Shown: piece by piece, positions 1 to 8,635 of the stretch
How the letters are laid out: each line of letters starts with the position of its first letter
Numbering within the stretch: the first letter of the stretch is position 1
Assembly (NCBI GenBank): GCA_050013695.1
Contig: JBEKET010000013.1
Coordinates: 17,917 to 81,916 of the forward strand
Length of the DNA stretch: 64,000 nucleotides
Direction: 5' to 3'
Source of the DNA: Terracidiphilus sp.
GTDB lineage: Bacteria > Acidobacteriota > Terriglobia > Terriglobales > Acidobacteriaceae
Notes under the pieces: model-generated
Seen by the model: the letters and a program-made list of their open reading frames with translations, nothing else
Told to the model about the DNA's origin: nothing
The model's database searches: none
Position numbers and translations under genes: made by a program

Positions 1-8
1 ATACGCTC

Positions 9-3000
9 TCAAGCCTCGATAGCCACTTCCACGCGTTCGCCCAGGGTTCGTTCGCGATGAAGGCGCAGAAAATGATCCACCGTCTCTACTCGAATCCTCA
101 GCGAGCCTGTGGGTTTGTTTTCGTCCAGGTCCTTGAATGCGAAGAAGGGCGTACCGGACTTCTCGAGGATGCGTTCGATGACGTTGTAGATGGGTGCATC
201 ATGGCCGCACTTGAAGCTGGAGAGCTCAATGGCGGCCAGGTTGGGATGGCGGGCAGCAAATTTGGCAGCCCAGATTTTGTGATTGGTTGAGGCGGAGTAC
301 CGGTTCTTCCATACGTCTGAAATGTCGAGCGGATGGGTGATGAAGCCGCGGCGCACTTCGTCGCCGAAGAGCCTGTCAAGCATGTCGGCGTCGAGCGGCA
401 GCGTGCTTTGGGAAAAGATGGGGTAGCCGAGCTTCTGGAACTCTTCAAGAATGCCGTGGTTGAGACCCGGGTCGTGATGGTAGGGGCGGCCGAGCATGAC
501 GATGCCCATGCGGCCTTCTCGCTCCAACTGGTCGAGAACCGTGCGGGCCTTGCGTTGCATGGTTGTCTCAAATCGAGCGAGGGTTTCAAAACCAATGCGA
601 ACGGCACGAGCGTTTTCTTCTCGCGTGAGGCCGAGGAGCTGTGCCCAAGCGCGGAAGAGTTGATCGGCGAGCACTTCTTCGTCGGCCAGGTTAAGAACTG
701 GATTCACGTATGCGATGCCGTTCTCTGCGAACAGGTCGCGCTCCTTGGTGAACGCAGCCTTGGCCGCCTCCGGCGTTGCGGTGACGGTGGGGCAGGCAAA
801 GGATCCTGTGAGGTTGGCCAGATGCGTGGTGAGCGTGTCGTACATCGGGAACCAGATGGCGTTGAGTGGCTTGCGGGAATGCTGTGTTTGCAGCAAATCA
901 TGAACGTGTGCGAGCGCCACTTTGGAGGGGAAGCAGGGATCGACAGCGCCGCGGCTGGAGCCGGCCCGATAAAGCTCCGCGCAGGTTTCACCGGAGTAGG
1001 CGATGTTTGTCGAGCGTATGCCGAGGCTCTGGAAGTATCCCTGAAAAAGAGGGGCATAGGTGTAAGCGTTCAGTACGCGCGGGATGCCGATGCGGAAGGT
1101 TGCACGCCGGCGGCCGGCCTGCAGTCGGAAGCGCGTGGATGCGGAATTGAAGATGGAATCGCGGGTAGGAATTGGATCGGCGACATCGGGAACATCGACC
1201 GGCTGGAAGGCTCGGTTCGCAGCCATTTCCATCAGGTTGGGATTGGCTTCTTTCACCAGGTCGAGATCGTGCTTGATGGCCCGCATGGCGTCTATATCCT
1301 CGACGGTGCCCTTCTCGCATGTGGCGACGATGAGCCGCTTCGAGCCCTCGGCCAGCGGGACTTTTGAGACCGGCTTCACGGTGCTTGAGGGTTTCGGCAT
1401 TTCCACGGCGGTCCGCGCGCCGGGAGCGGCCTGGATGCTGATAAGGGTTGAGATCTGCGATGTGAGCGCCGGGAAGGGAATCAGGTGCGCGGGCGCCGCG
1501 TGAACCGGCTCTGTGCTTACGTCGATGAATGTGCGCAGGCAATTGTTCTTGCAGTAATTGCAACGCGTGGCTTCGCTACGCGTGGTGTGGTAGTGAATGG
1601 ACTGAATGGCGTCGAGTCCGATGAAGGTGGTGCGATGACCGCGGAGGTAGAGGCGCGCAGCCTCAAGCGCGGCTCCAATGGCTCCTGACTCCCCGCAGTG
1701 CGCGTGAACAACTATCTCGGGATCGACGCCGGTGCCGCGGAAGCATGCGCGAAGAAAATCAACCTCGGCTTTCACTACCGCGAGATTCTTCTGCGTGCCG
1801 CCTTGCAGGATGAAGCGCGATCCGTGCGCGGGAAGATTGGGAACGCCGGCAACATACAGAAAAATGTTCTTGGGCAGCACGGCTGCAAGAGCGGCAAGAA
1901 TCTCTTCTGCTCGCCATCCCTGCCGTTGGAAATTCACAATGTCACCCTGCAGAAAAACGGCGCACCCATAGCCGAATTCAGGCATCGATTTTGCCGTGAA
2001 TGCAGCGCTCGCGAAGGCATGCGTTGGGATGCCGAAACCTTCGGCCGTGGATTGCAGGAAGTAACCGTTGCCCGCTGAGCATTGCGTGTTGAGCTTGAAG
2101 TCTTTCACGCGCCCGTGCTGCACAAAGATGAGCTTGATGTCCTGTCCGCCGACATCGACGATGACGTGCGGATCGTCATAGAGCTGCATGGCTGAAAGCG
2201 TATGAGCGACGGTTTCAACCAGCGCCACGTCAGCGTGGAGCACGTCTTTCAGCATGTCCTTGGCATAGCCGGTGGTACCCACTGAGACGATATCGAGCTC
2301 CGCATCCTGGTCTTCAACCTGACTGCGAAGGTTACCGAGGACCGCGATGGTATCTTCGATCGGATTGCCGCCGGAGAGCTGATAACTTTTGACGAGTAAC
2401 TCACCGTTGGGTCGCATAAGCACGGCTTTTGTAGATGTAGAACCTGCATCGAGGCCTAGAACTGCCGATACGCGCTCGCCGGGAGAAAAGATGTATGGGT
2501 GAAATTCCGTGGGCGTGTATTCTTCAAGAAAGGCGCCGAGTTCTTCGCGGGAAGATGCAAGACCCTGCGCGCCTGACGTGGCCTTCTCTTCATCGCGGCC
2601 GTGCTCCAGATAGTCGATCAGGTTTGCAGTGCCCGTGTAGCCGCCGATGGAGTCCTCTTCGCTGCGGGCGTATTCCACCACTCCGAGAGCCGCATAGAAC
2701 TGGGCATTCGAAGGGGTCTTGATCAGTTCTTCGACAGCAACGCCGTCAGGTAGACAGACCTTCCGATCATTCCACATGCGGGGAATATTCGCTTGCCATG
2801 CTTCCCGCATGCCCTTGAGGAATGTGTTGGGGCCGCCAAGCAGAAGCACATGCGGCAGCAGCGTGTTGCCGCGTGTGAGCACGCTGAGGTTTTGCAAAAC
2901 GATAGCGTCAAACAGCGAAGCCATCAACTCGACCGGTGGCGTACCAACTTTCTGCAGGCCGTTGATGTCGGTTTCAGCAAAGACGCCGCATTTTCCTGCA

Positions 3001-3506
3001 ACGGGATGGAGCTTGATACCGCGATAGGGAAGCGCGGCCATCTCTTCAGGTGGAATGCCGAGCTTGGCATTGATCTTGTCGAGCACGGCGCCGGTGCCGC
3101 CCGCGCACTTGTCATTCATTGAGGCGATCTTCTTTTTGCGGCCGCTCGCCGGGTCATCCTGGAAGACGATGATCTTGGCGTCCTGCCCGCCCAGTTCAAT
3201 AACTGAGTAGACCTCCGGATGAAGCTTTTCAACTGCCAGCGCCACGGCATGCACTTCCTGGACAAAGCGCGCGCCTGTCAGTGCCGCCGGGCCTGCGCCA
3301 CCGGAACCGGTGAAGAAAATGCGGGCGTTTGAAGGGGAGATGCCGGGATCGACTTCCATGCGCTCAAGAAACTCGAGAACCTTTTCAGGCTGCCGGGTTT
3401 CGTGCCGCTGATAATCCTGCCACACGATGACATCGGTGGCTGCCTCCACCACCACCGCTTTCACCGTGGTTGAACCAACGTCAAACCCGACCAGGTACTT
3501 CACCAT
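9..3506 (-). CDS. CoA-substrate-specific enzyme activase-like protein (two BadF/BadG/BcrA/BcrD ATPase domains + DUF2229-like C-terminal domain)
   Basis: Two ASKHA ATPase starts (GFDVGSTTVK, GLDAGSTSTK), ELGGQDAK/DVGGQDIK, MNDKCAGGTG/LNTQCSAGNG, CNYCKNNC and VDPCFPSK. Start trimmed to ATG 3506 behind a GAGGGA RBS. Confidence 0.85.
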   Translation of the reverse strand: MVKYLVGFDVGSTTVKAVVVEAATDVIVWQDYQRHETRQPEKVLEFLERMEVDPGISPSNARIFFTGSGGAGPAALTGARFVQEVHAVALAVEKLHPEVYSVIELGGQDAKIIVFQDDPASGRKKKIASMNDKCAGGTGAVLDKINAKLGIPPEEMAALPYRGIKLHPVAGKCGVFAETDINGLQKVGTPPVELMASLFDAIVLQNLSVLTRGNTLLPHVLLLGGPNTFLKGMREAWQANIPRMWNDRKVCLPDGVAVEELIKTPSNAQFYAALGVVEYARSEEDSIGGYTGTANLIDYLEHGRDEEKATSGAQGLASSREELGAFLEEYTPTEFHPYIFSPGERVSAVLGLDAGSTSTKAVLMRPNGELLVKSYQLSGGNPIEDTIAVLGNLRSQVEDQDAELDIVSVGTTGYAKDMLKDVLHADVALVETVAHTLSAMQLYDDPHVIVDVGGQDIKLIFVQHGRVKDFKLNTQCSAGNGYFLQSTAEGFGIPTHAFASAAFTAKSMPEFGYGCAVFLQGDIVNFQRQGWRAEEILAALAAVLPKNIFLYVAGVPNLPAHGSRFILQGGTQKNLAVVKAEVDFLRACFRGTGVDPEIVVHAHCGESGAIGAALEAARLYLRGHRTTFIGLDAIQSIHYHTTRSEATRCNYCKNNCLRTFIDVSTEPVHAAPAHLIPFPALTSQISTLISIQAAPGARTAVEMPKPSSTVKPVSKVPLAEGSKRLIVATCEKGTVEDIDAMRAIKHDLDLVKEANPNLMEMAANRAFQPVDVPDVADPIPTRDSIFNSASTRFRLQAGRRRATFRIGIPRVLNAYTYAPLFQGYFQSLGIRSTNIAYSGETCAELYRAGSSRGAVDPCFPSKVALAHVHDLLQTQHSRKPLNAIWFPMYDTLTTHLANLTGSFACPTVTATPEAAKAAFTKERDLFAENGIAYVNPVLNLADEEVLADQLFRAWAQLLGLTREENARAVRIGFETLARFETTMQRKARTVLDQLEREGRMGIVMLGRPYHHDPGLNHGILEEFQKLGYPIFSQSTLPLDADMLDRLFGDEVRRGFITHPLDISDVWKNRYSASTNHKIWAAKFAARHPNLAAIELSSFKCGHDAPIYNVIERILEKSGTPFFAFKDLDENKPTGSLRIRVETVDHFLRLHRERTLGERVEVAIEA

Positions 3507-3566
3507 TGAACGTCCCTCGCCACCGCAGAGCATCTCAACCGAGTTAAGTCGATGCACTTGTCCGAA

Positions 3567-5276
3567 TCAGGCCGAAGCGTGCAGCCGCAACTCTTTCCTC
3601 AGAGCATGTTTGAATCCGTCGCGATCCATGCGGTCGACAAGGTGATGCGCAAACTGCGCAGCCTCGCCGGCGATGCCCTTACGGCGTGGAAAGCGATAGA
3701 GAGCACGATCCATCTCCGGGTGGGAATCGGCATACTCGCGGAGCTGTGCGACAGTCACAGTGCGCTGTTTGAGCACGCTGTCGAATTCATCGCGGGCGCG
3801 AATTCGCGCCTCAGAAAGCGCCATCTGCGCGCGGCTATAGGCGTGAATGGCACCTTCGCCGGATGTTTCAACGGGCAGATAGAGCATCTGAGGGAATTTA
3901 CTGACCACACGCGCCTGCACTCCATCGGATTGCGTGGACGGCATGCAGCCGAAAGGCTTGAGGCTGAGGATCATGTGGCAGAGATTGTGCGTGGTGTAAT
4001 AGATGCTCTTGGCCACTTCCATGTGACCTTCACCGCCCTGCGCGAGCTCGTTGAAAAATGGAGCAGCGAGAGCGGCAAGCTTTTCCTGGTTTACAAGCGC
4101 CGGCGTGAGACTACCCGCGCGACGGGCTACACGGTTGAACGTGTGCGACCACAAGATTTGTGCGACTCGGAAAAGCGACTCCTCCTTATAGAAAGCAACG
4201 TGGCGCGCGATGCGAGCCCGCAGTGGAAGGCGGGCGCGCCGGGCAAGATTCTTCTCATGCCGTACCGTCCACTCGAGGCGTGTGAGATAAGCAACCCACG
4301 TGGAGATGGGCTCCACGATCACTTGCGCGCCTTCTTTCTCAAGAAAGTTGAAAATCTTGAAGTTTCCATCGCCCTCGGTGAGTTGCGCCCAGAACTCACC
4401 GGTGATTTTGACCACCGGCTTTACGCGCAGACGATCGACGCGAATGGCGTTCATCTGCGCGTGCAACTCCGCAATAGCGTCGAGAATGTCGTGGCCGTAA
4501 AGATGGTGCAGAATCTTGAGCGTAATGCGGCCGGTAGCTCCAATGGCGGAACGAAATGCCGCGCGGATACGGCTCTTGTCGGCAGAAGAGGTTTTGACGT
4601 CACCTCGCGCACGAAGCAGAGCGGCCATGCGGGTGACAGCATGCTCGACCACTCGATCGGTCTCGCCCGGAACCTTTTCGAAAGGACGAATGCGATAGCT
4701 GAGGTCGCTGATGACGTCGCCGATCATGAGGGCGTTGAGACCGTTGAGGCCGAAGTCGAGATTGAATGTGAGGCCGGTGTGGCCGGAAGAGGCATGGATG
4801 CCGTCACCCTGCTGAAAGATGAGCACTCGGAAGCCACCGAAGCCGGCATTCTCAAGCGCATAGCGGTACTCGGCCTCATACATGCCAAAGCGACACGGGC
4901 CGCAGGAGCCCGCGGAAAAGAAGACGTAGCGCTCGGCGATCTGTTGCCTGGTGAGGCCCGCGGATTCAAGCTGCTGCAGATAGCGGACAAGGCAGCCGAC
5001 GGTGAAATATGTGGGATTACACTGGCCGTTGTTCCCATATTGCTTGCCGGCCTCGAAGTCCGCGCGGCTGGGGATTGGCAGCCTCATGCAGCGATAGCCG
5101 GAGCTTTGAAACACAGCCTGGATCAGCTCTTCGTGCTTCCACGTAAGTCCGCCGATGAGGATGGTGACGGTGTCGCGCTCAGCCAGCGTGAAGAGCAGCT
5201 CTTCCGGTCTGCGGTAATGCTCCACTTCTACTTTCGGGAGCAGCGCCGGCATCTCTTGAATCTGGATAACGGGCAT
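3567..5276 (-). CDS. 2-hydroxyacyl-CoA dehydratase-like partner of the activase (probable Fe-S protein)
   Basis: NNGQCNPTYFTVG, GSCGPCRFGMYE, GGEGHMEV and SLKPFGCMP motifs typical of this family. ATG 5276 follows an AGGAG RBS; co-oriented with the activase. Confidence 0.75.
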   Translation of the reverse strand: MPVIQIQEMPALLPKVEVEHYRRPEELLFTLAERDTVTILIGGLTWKHEELIQAVFQSSGYRCMRLPIPSRADFEAGKQYGNNGQCNPTYFTVGCLVRYLQQLESAGLTRQQIAERYVFFSAGSCGPCRFGMYEAEYRYALENAGFGGFRVLIFQQGDGIHASSGHTGLTFNLDFGLNGLNALMIGDVISDLSYRIRPFEKVPGETDRVVEHAVTRMAALLRARGDVKTSSADKSRIRAAFRSAIGATGRITLKILHHLYGHDILDAIAELHAQMNAIRVDRLRVKPVVKITGEFWAQLTEGDGNFKIFNFLEKEGAQVIVEPISTWVAYLTRLEWTVRHEKNLARRARLPLRARIARHVAFYKEESLFRVAQILWSHTFNRVARRAGSLTPALVNQEKLAALAAPFFNELAQGGEGHMEVAKSIYYTTHNLCHMILSLKPFGCMPSTQSDGVQARVVSKFPQMLYLPVETSGEGAIHAYSRAQMALSEARIRARDEFDSVLKQRTVTVAQLREYADSHPEMDRALYRFPRRKGIAGEAAQFAHHLVDRMDRDGFKHALRKELRLHASA

Positions 5277-6039
5277 TGGATTCTCCTGAGGCTCTGTGAA
5301 AGAACACGAGTGCCGCGGCAGCAAGGATAAAGAGAATGCCGACGAGTTGCGCTTCCGTCAGACCTGCCAGAACTTTTGCGTTGCGAGAGAGAAATTCGAC
5401 GAAGAAGCGGCAAAGCCCAGTCCAGAAAAGGTAAAGCGCAATCTGTGAGCCCTGCCAGGTGCGCGCATAAACCTCGGGCCTGCCGCGACGCCAGAGGATC
5501 GCAAAAATAATCAGTGCGTAGGCAATTTCGTAAAGCGGTGTCGGATGCACCCGCACCGTGGTAGGCACAATGCCATGCGGGAAACTCATCCCCCATGGCA
5601 GCGTGGTCGGGATGCCGTAATCGCCATCGCCTGCCAGAAAGCAGCCCATGCGGCCGCAGGCCAGGCCCAGTGAGGCCATGGGCGCAACGTCGAGCACGCG
5701 CAGAGTCGGTGTCTTGTAAAGGCGAGCCAACACAATGGAAGCAACTACGCCGCCAAGAACACCGCCGAACCAGGTGTAACCGCCCCAAAAGCTGGCGACC
5801 CAATCAAAGGCCAGCGGATTTTGTCGCAGCGTATGCCACTGGACCACGATGGCGTGATCGAACTTGGCGCCGATGAGTCCAGAGATGGCCATGCAGGGCA
5901 GAAAGACACCCATCGGAATCGGAACGCCGCGTCGCTTGAAATCGGCTTCGCCGAAAAGATAGCCCAGCGACAACCCAACTCCCATCATGATGCCGTAGCT
6001 CCATAGCACCAGGGGCCCGAGATGGATCGATGGAATCAT
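5179..6039 (-). CDS. lgt: Prolipoprotein diacylglyceryl transferase (Lgt family)
   Basis: Multi-TM protein with SYGIMM, GGYTWFGG, GRMGCFLAGDGDYG and VHPTPLYE Lgt motifs. Confidence 0.85.
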   Translation of the reverse strand: MIPSIHLGPLVLWSYGIMMGVGLSLGYLFGEADFKRRGVPIPMGVFLPCMAISGLIGAKFDHAIVVQWHTLRQNPLAFDWVASFWGGYTWFGGVLGGVVASIVLARLYKTPTLRVLDVAPMASLGLACGRMGCFLAGDGDYGIPTTLPWGMSFPHGIVPTTVRVHPTPLYEIAYALIIFAILWRRGRPEVYARTWQGSQIALYLFWTGLCRFFVEFLSRNAKVLAGLTEAQLVGILFILAAAALVFFHRASGESNARYPDSRDAGAAPESRSGALPQTGRAALHAG

Positions 6040-6169
6040 CGCTTGCAATCGGCTCCATGCACAGATTCACAGATTGAATGCTGTGCCAAACATGTCGTTC
6101 AAGAGGCTCATGCGAACCGGGCTTTCGATCAGGAGCCCGCTGCGCAAGGGAACGCCCGCTGCGCAGCCC

Positions 6170-8347
6170 TCAGTGCTGGGTGTAGATTGGCGGATCGGTA
6201 ATCGGGTTATAGACGGTGATCGTGCTGTTGCCGGAATTCGCTACAAAGACGTTCCCATAGCTATCCACCGCCACACCTTCGGGAGACGAAATCCCGCTGT
6301 TGGTTCCTGATGTCTCTGAGGGCGTGGGGCATTGGGGTATGAAGCCTCCGTTCACAATGCTGGCCAGCGAGTAGGCTGCGACATTGCCAGCGTAGTAGTT
6401 GGTGACGTAAACCGTCGTGGTGGTTGAAATAGAGGACACCGCGATGCCGGTAGGCCCGCTTGGGCCATCGCTGCAACCACTGTTGGTAACGGCTCCAATG
6501 GGGTCGGATGAGATACCGAGCGGGCCAACGCCAACTGAGTAACTAAGGATCTCGTTGGCTGAACCTCCCGGTCCCGTGCCAATAAACAGATCGTCTTCAG
6601 AACCCACGACGGCAAAAGTGATCACGCCGGGAGCCAGGAATTGGTCACCATTGCCGTCTTCACTGTATGTGTTGGCCAGCGAAAATCCGGACGGTGGCGA
6701 ACCGCTGAAGACGGCTATCGAATTCTTGCTGTTGTTCCCCACATATACATTGCCGTCCTGATCCACGGCAATGCCGAGCGGAGTCGCGATGCCGCTGCTG
6801 ATCGTTCCCGTGGTGAACTGTGCCAGGTGGGGGCCGCCATACACGGTCACCGTGTTATTCCCGTAGTTGGCCACATACAGATTACCTGCCGCGTCGAATG
6901 CCAGCCGTGAGGGGTTGTTGATTCCAGCAGTGATCGTATTGATGAGCGTCAGGCCCGTCACCATATTCCCCGATCCGAGCTGTTCACTGTATTCGAGGAC
7001 CTGGTTCCCGTTGCTGTTTGCGACAAAGAGATGGTTTTGTGAATCGAAGACCATTCCGCTCGGGCCGTTGAGCGGCACTGTGCTGACGGCGGCGCTGCAC
7101 GTCACGCTGAGGCTCACATCCGCGCTGATCGTTCCGGAGCCGGAACCGCTCGGAGAAAAGGCGCAGGTTTGCCCGGTTGGCGGAGTCAGGGTCACGTTGT
7201 AGGGCGTCCCGGAGGCCAGGCTGTTGTACAGCGTGAAATCAACAGCAGTGGAACCATCCCCATTCACCGTCGCGGTACCGTCATTCGCGCTCGGAGTGGA
7301 GTTGTCAGAGTCAGTGATTGTCAGTTCCGTGCCAGATGCCAGGCCTGTGACAGTTCCGGTGATCGTGTAAGTCGGCACCGTTGCACTTGTCACCGTAACA
7401 GTGGCCGTTCCCATGGCGCTGTTATACGTCGAGGAACTGTTAGAGTCGGGCGCATAGGCAGCTGTCAAAGTGTCTGTACCTGTGGCCAGCGATCCTGCTG
7501 GAACGCTGATTGTGGTGCTGCCGTTGGTAAGCGCCGTCGCCCCTGAGTTGTAACTGCCGTTGGTCAGCGTCACAGATCCTGTGGGAGTGGGATTCCCGCT
7601 GCCGCCGCCGACAGCTACCGACACAGACAGAGCTTGAGACGTGGTGATGCTGGATAGCGAGGGCGTTACAGTTACCGTCGGCGTCACCAGCGCTGGAGCG
7701 GTCACCGTTACCGTGGCCGTCCCTGTGGCCGTGGTCCAATTGTCCTCAATCGCTGTGGCGGGAGTGTAAGTGACGGTGAGAGTGTCGGAACCGACCGCGA
7801 GGGCTGAAGCAGGAAACACGATCGAGTCGGCGCCGTTGGTGAGCGGTTGTGGGCTTGAGTTGTAGGTTCCGCTGGTCAGCGTTACAGTGCCGGATGCGAC
7901 GGGGCCGGGGTTATTCGGGCCAAGACTGAGCGTCACCGTGATATCAACGGTAAGCGACTCGGCCGTCGTGAGACTGGCTGTATTCGGCACTACTTTGACG
8001 GTCTCCGTTGGGGTGTTGATCGTTTTCTGACCTCCGCCTCCGTTGCAAGCCCCCACCAGCAATCCGAGCGAAACAATCAGCAGCGTCAAGGAGCAGAACT
8101 TGACCGCATTGGCCGCAGACGCGCCCCGCGGTACGAGGGCGCCGATGAGGAGAGCCGCAATACTGAGGCCGAGCCCCAGGGTGGCTCCGAGTGCGGTGAA
8201 TCGTCCCGACGCCAGGGCTCGCTCAACGGCGGGAACGCGTGCCAAAAGGATGACTGCCGCGGCGGCTATCAATGTGCAGACCAATCCAATCAGGATGGGC
8301 GACTTGAAGGCTTGCGTATCCTCACGTCGAGAGAGAATCTGGCTCAT
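6170..8347 (-). CDS. Membrane-anchored/lipoprotein surface protein with two Ig-like (Big_3-type) repeats and a C-terminal NHL beta-propeller
   Basis: Three N-terminal hydrophobic segments then LVGA-C; Thr/Ser-rich Ig repeats (GTVTLTSGTYN..LTNG / GSVTLTNGSYN..LTNG); NHL repeats (PSRLAFDAAGNLYVAN, PLGIAVDQDGNVYVGN, PEGVAVDSYGNVFVAN). Start ATG 8347 after GAGG. Confidence 0.75.
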   Translation of the reverse strand: MSQILSRREDTQAFKSPILIGLVCTLIAAAAVILLARVPAVERALASGRFTALGATLGLGLSIAALLIGALVPRGASAANAVKFCSLTLLIVSLGLLVGACNGGGGQKTINTPTETVKVVPNTASLTTAESLTVDITVTLSLGPNNPGPVASGTVTLTSGTYNSSPQPLTNGADSIVFPASALAVGSDTLTVTYTPATAIEDNWTTATGTATVTVTAPALVTPTVTVTPSLSSITTSQALSVSVAVGGGSGNPTPTGSVTLTNGSYNSGATALTNGSTTISVPAGSLATGTDTLTAAYAPDSNSSSTYNSAMGTATVTVTSATVPTYTITGTVTGLASGTELTITDSDNSTPSANDGTATVNGDGSTAVDFTLYNSLASGTPYNVTLTPPTGQTCAFSPSGSGSGTISADVSLSVTCSAAVSTVPLNGPSGMVFDSQNHLFVANSNGNQVLEYSEQLGSGNMVTGLTLINTITAGINNPSRLAFDAAGNLYVANYGNNTVTVYGGPHLAQFTTGTISSGIATPLGIAVDQDGNVYVGNNSKNSIAVFSGSPPSGFSLANTYSEDGNGDQFLAPGVITFAVVGSEDDLFIGTGPGGSANEILSYSVGVGPLGISSDPIGAVTNSGCSDGPSGPTGIAVSSISTTTTVYVTNYYAGNVAAYSLASIVNGGFIPQCPTPSETSGTNSGISSPEGVAVDSYGNVFVANSGNSTITVYNPITDPPIYTQH

Positions 8348-8635
8348 CGCAACCTCGGATTCCCGCGTCACCGATTGCCGGTGTGGGCTGGGCCGGACCC
8401 GCAAATGGGATTCAATTCTCGGCCTTGTGTTTGATACCACGGCCAGAGTTTTCAGCATCCGGAGTTTTTTCTTTGGAATTTATTAGCTTGCAAGATGCCC
8501 ATTTCGATATACATAAAACACAAACAGAGTTTTGGCCGACCGGCGTTTCCCGGTGCATTCCGAATTCCGCGAGACCCTTCCGCTTCGCACTTAAGCGGTT
8601 AGAGAGCGTTGCTGTTGTCCCTCGTTGGAGACCCC

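Noticed and set aside
3552-5330. 592-aa ORF antisense to the dehydratase-like gene
   Set aside because: Shadow of a real gene in GC-rich DNA; no motifs, while the minus strand has clear family signatures.
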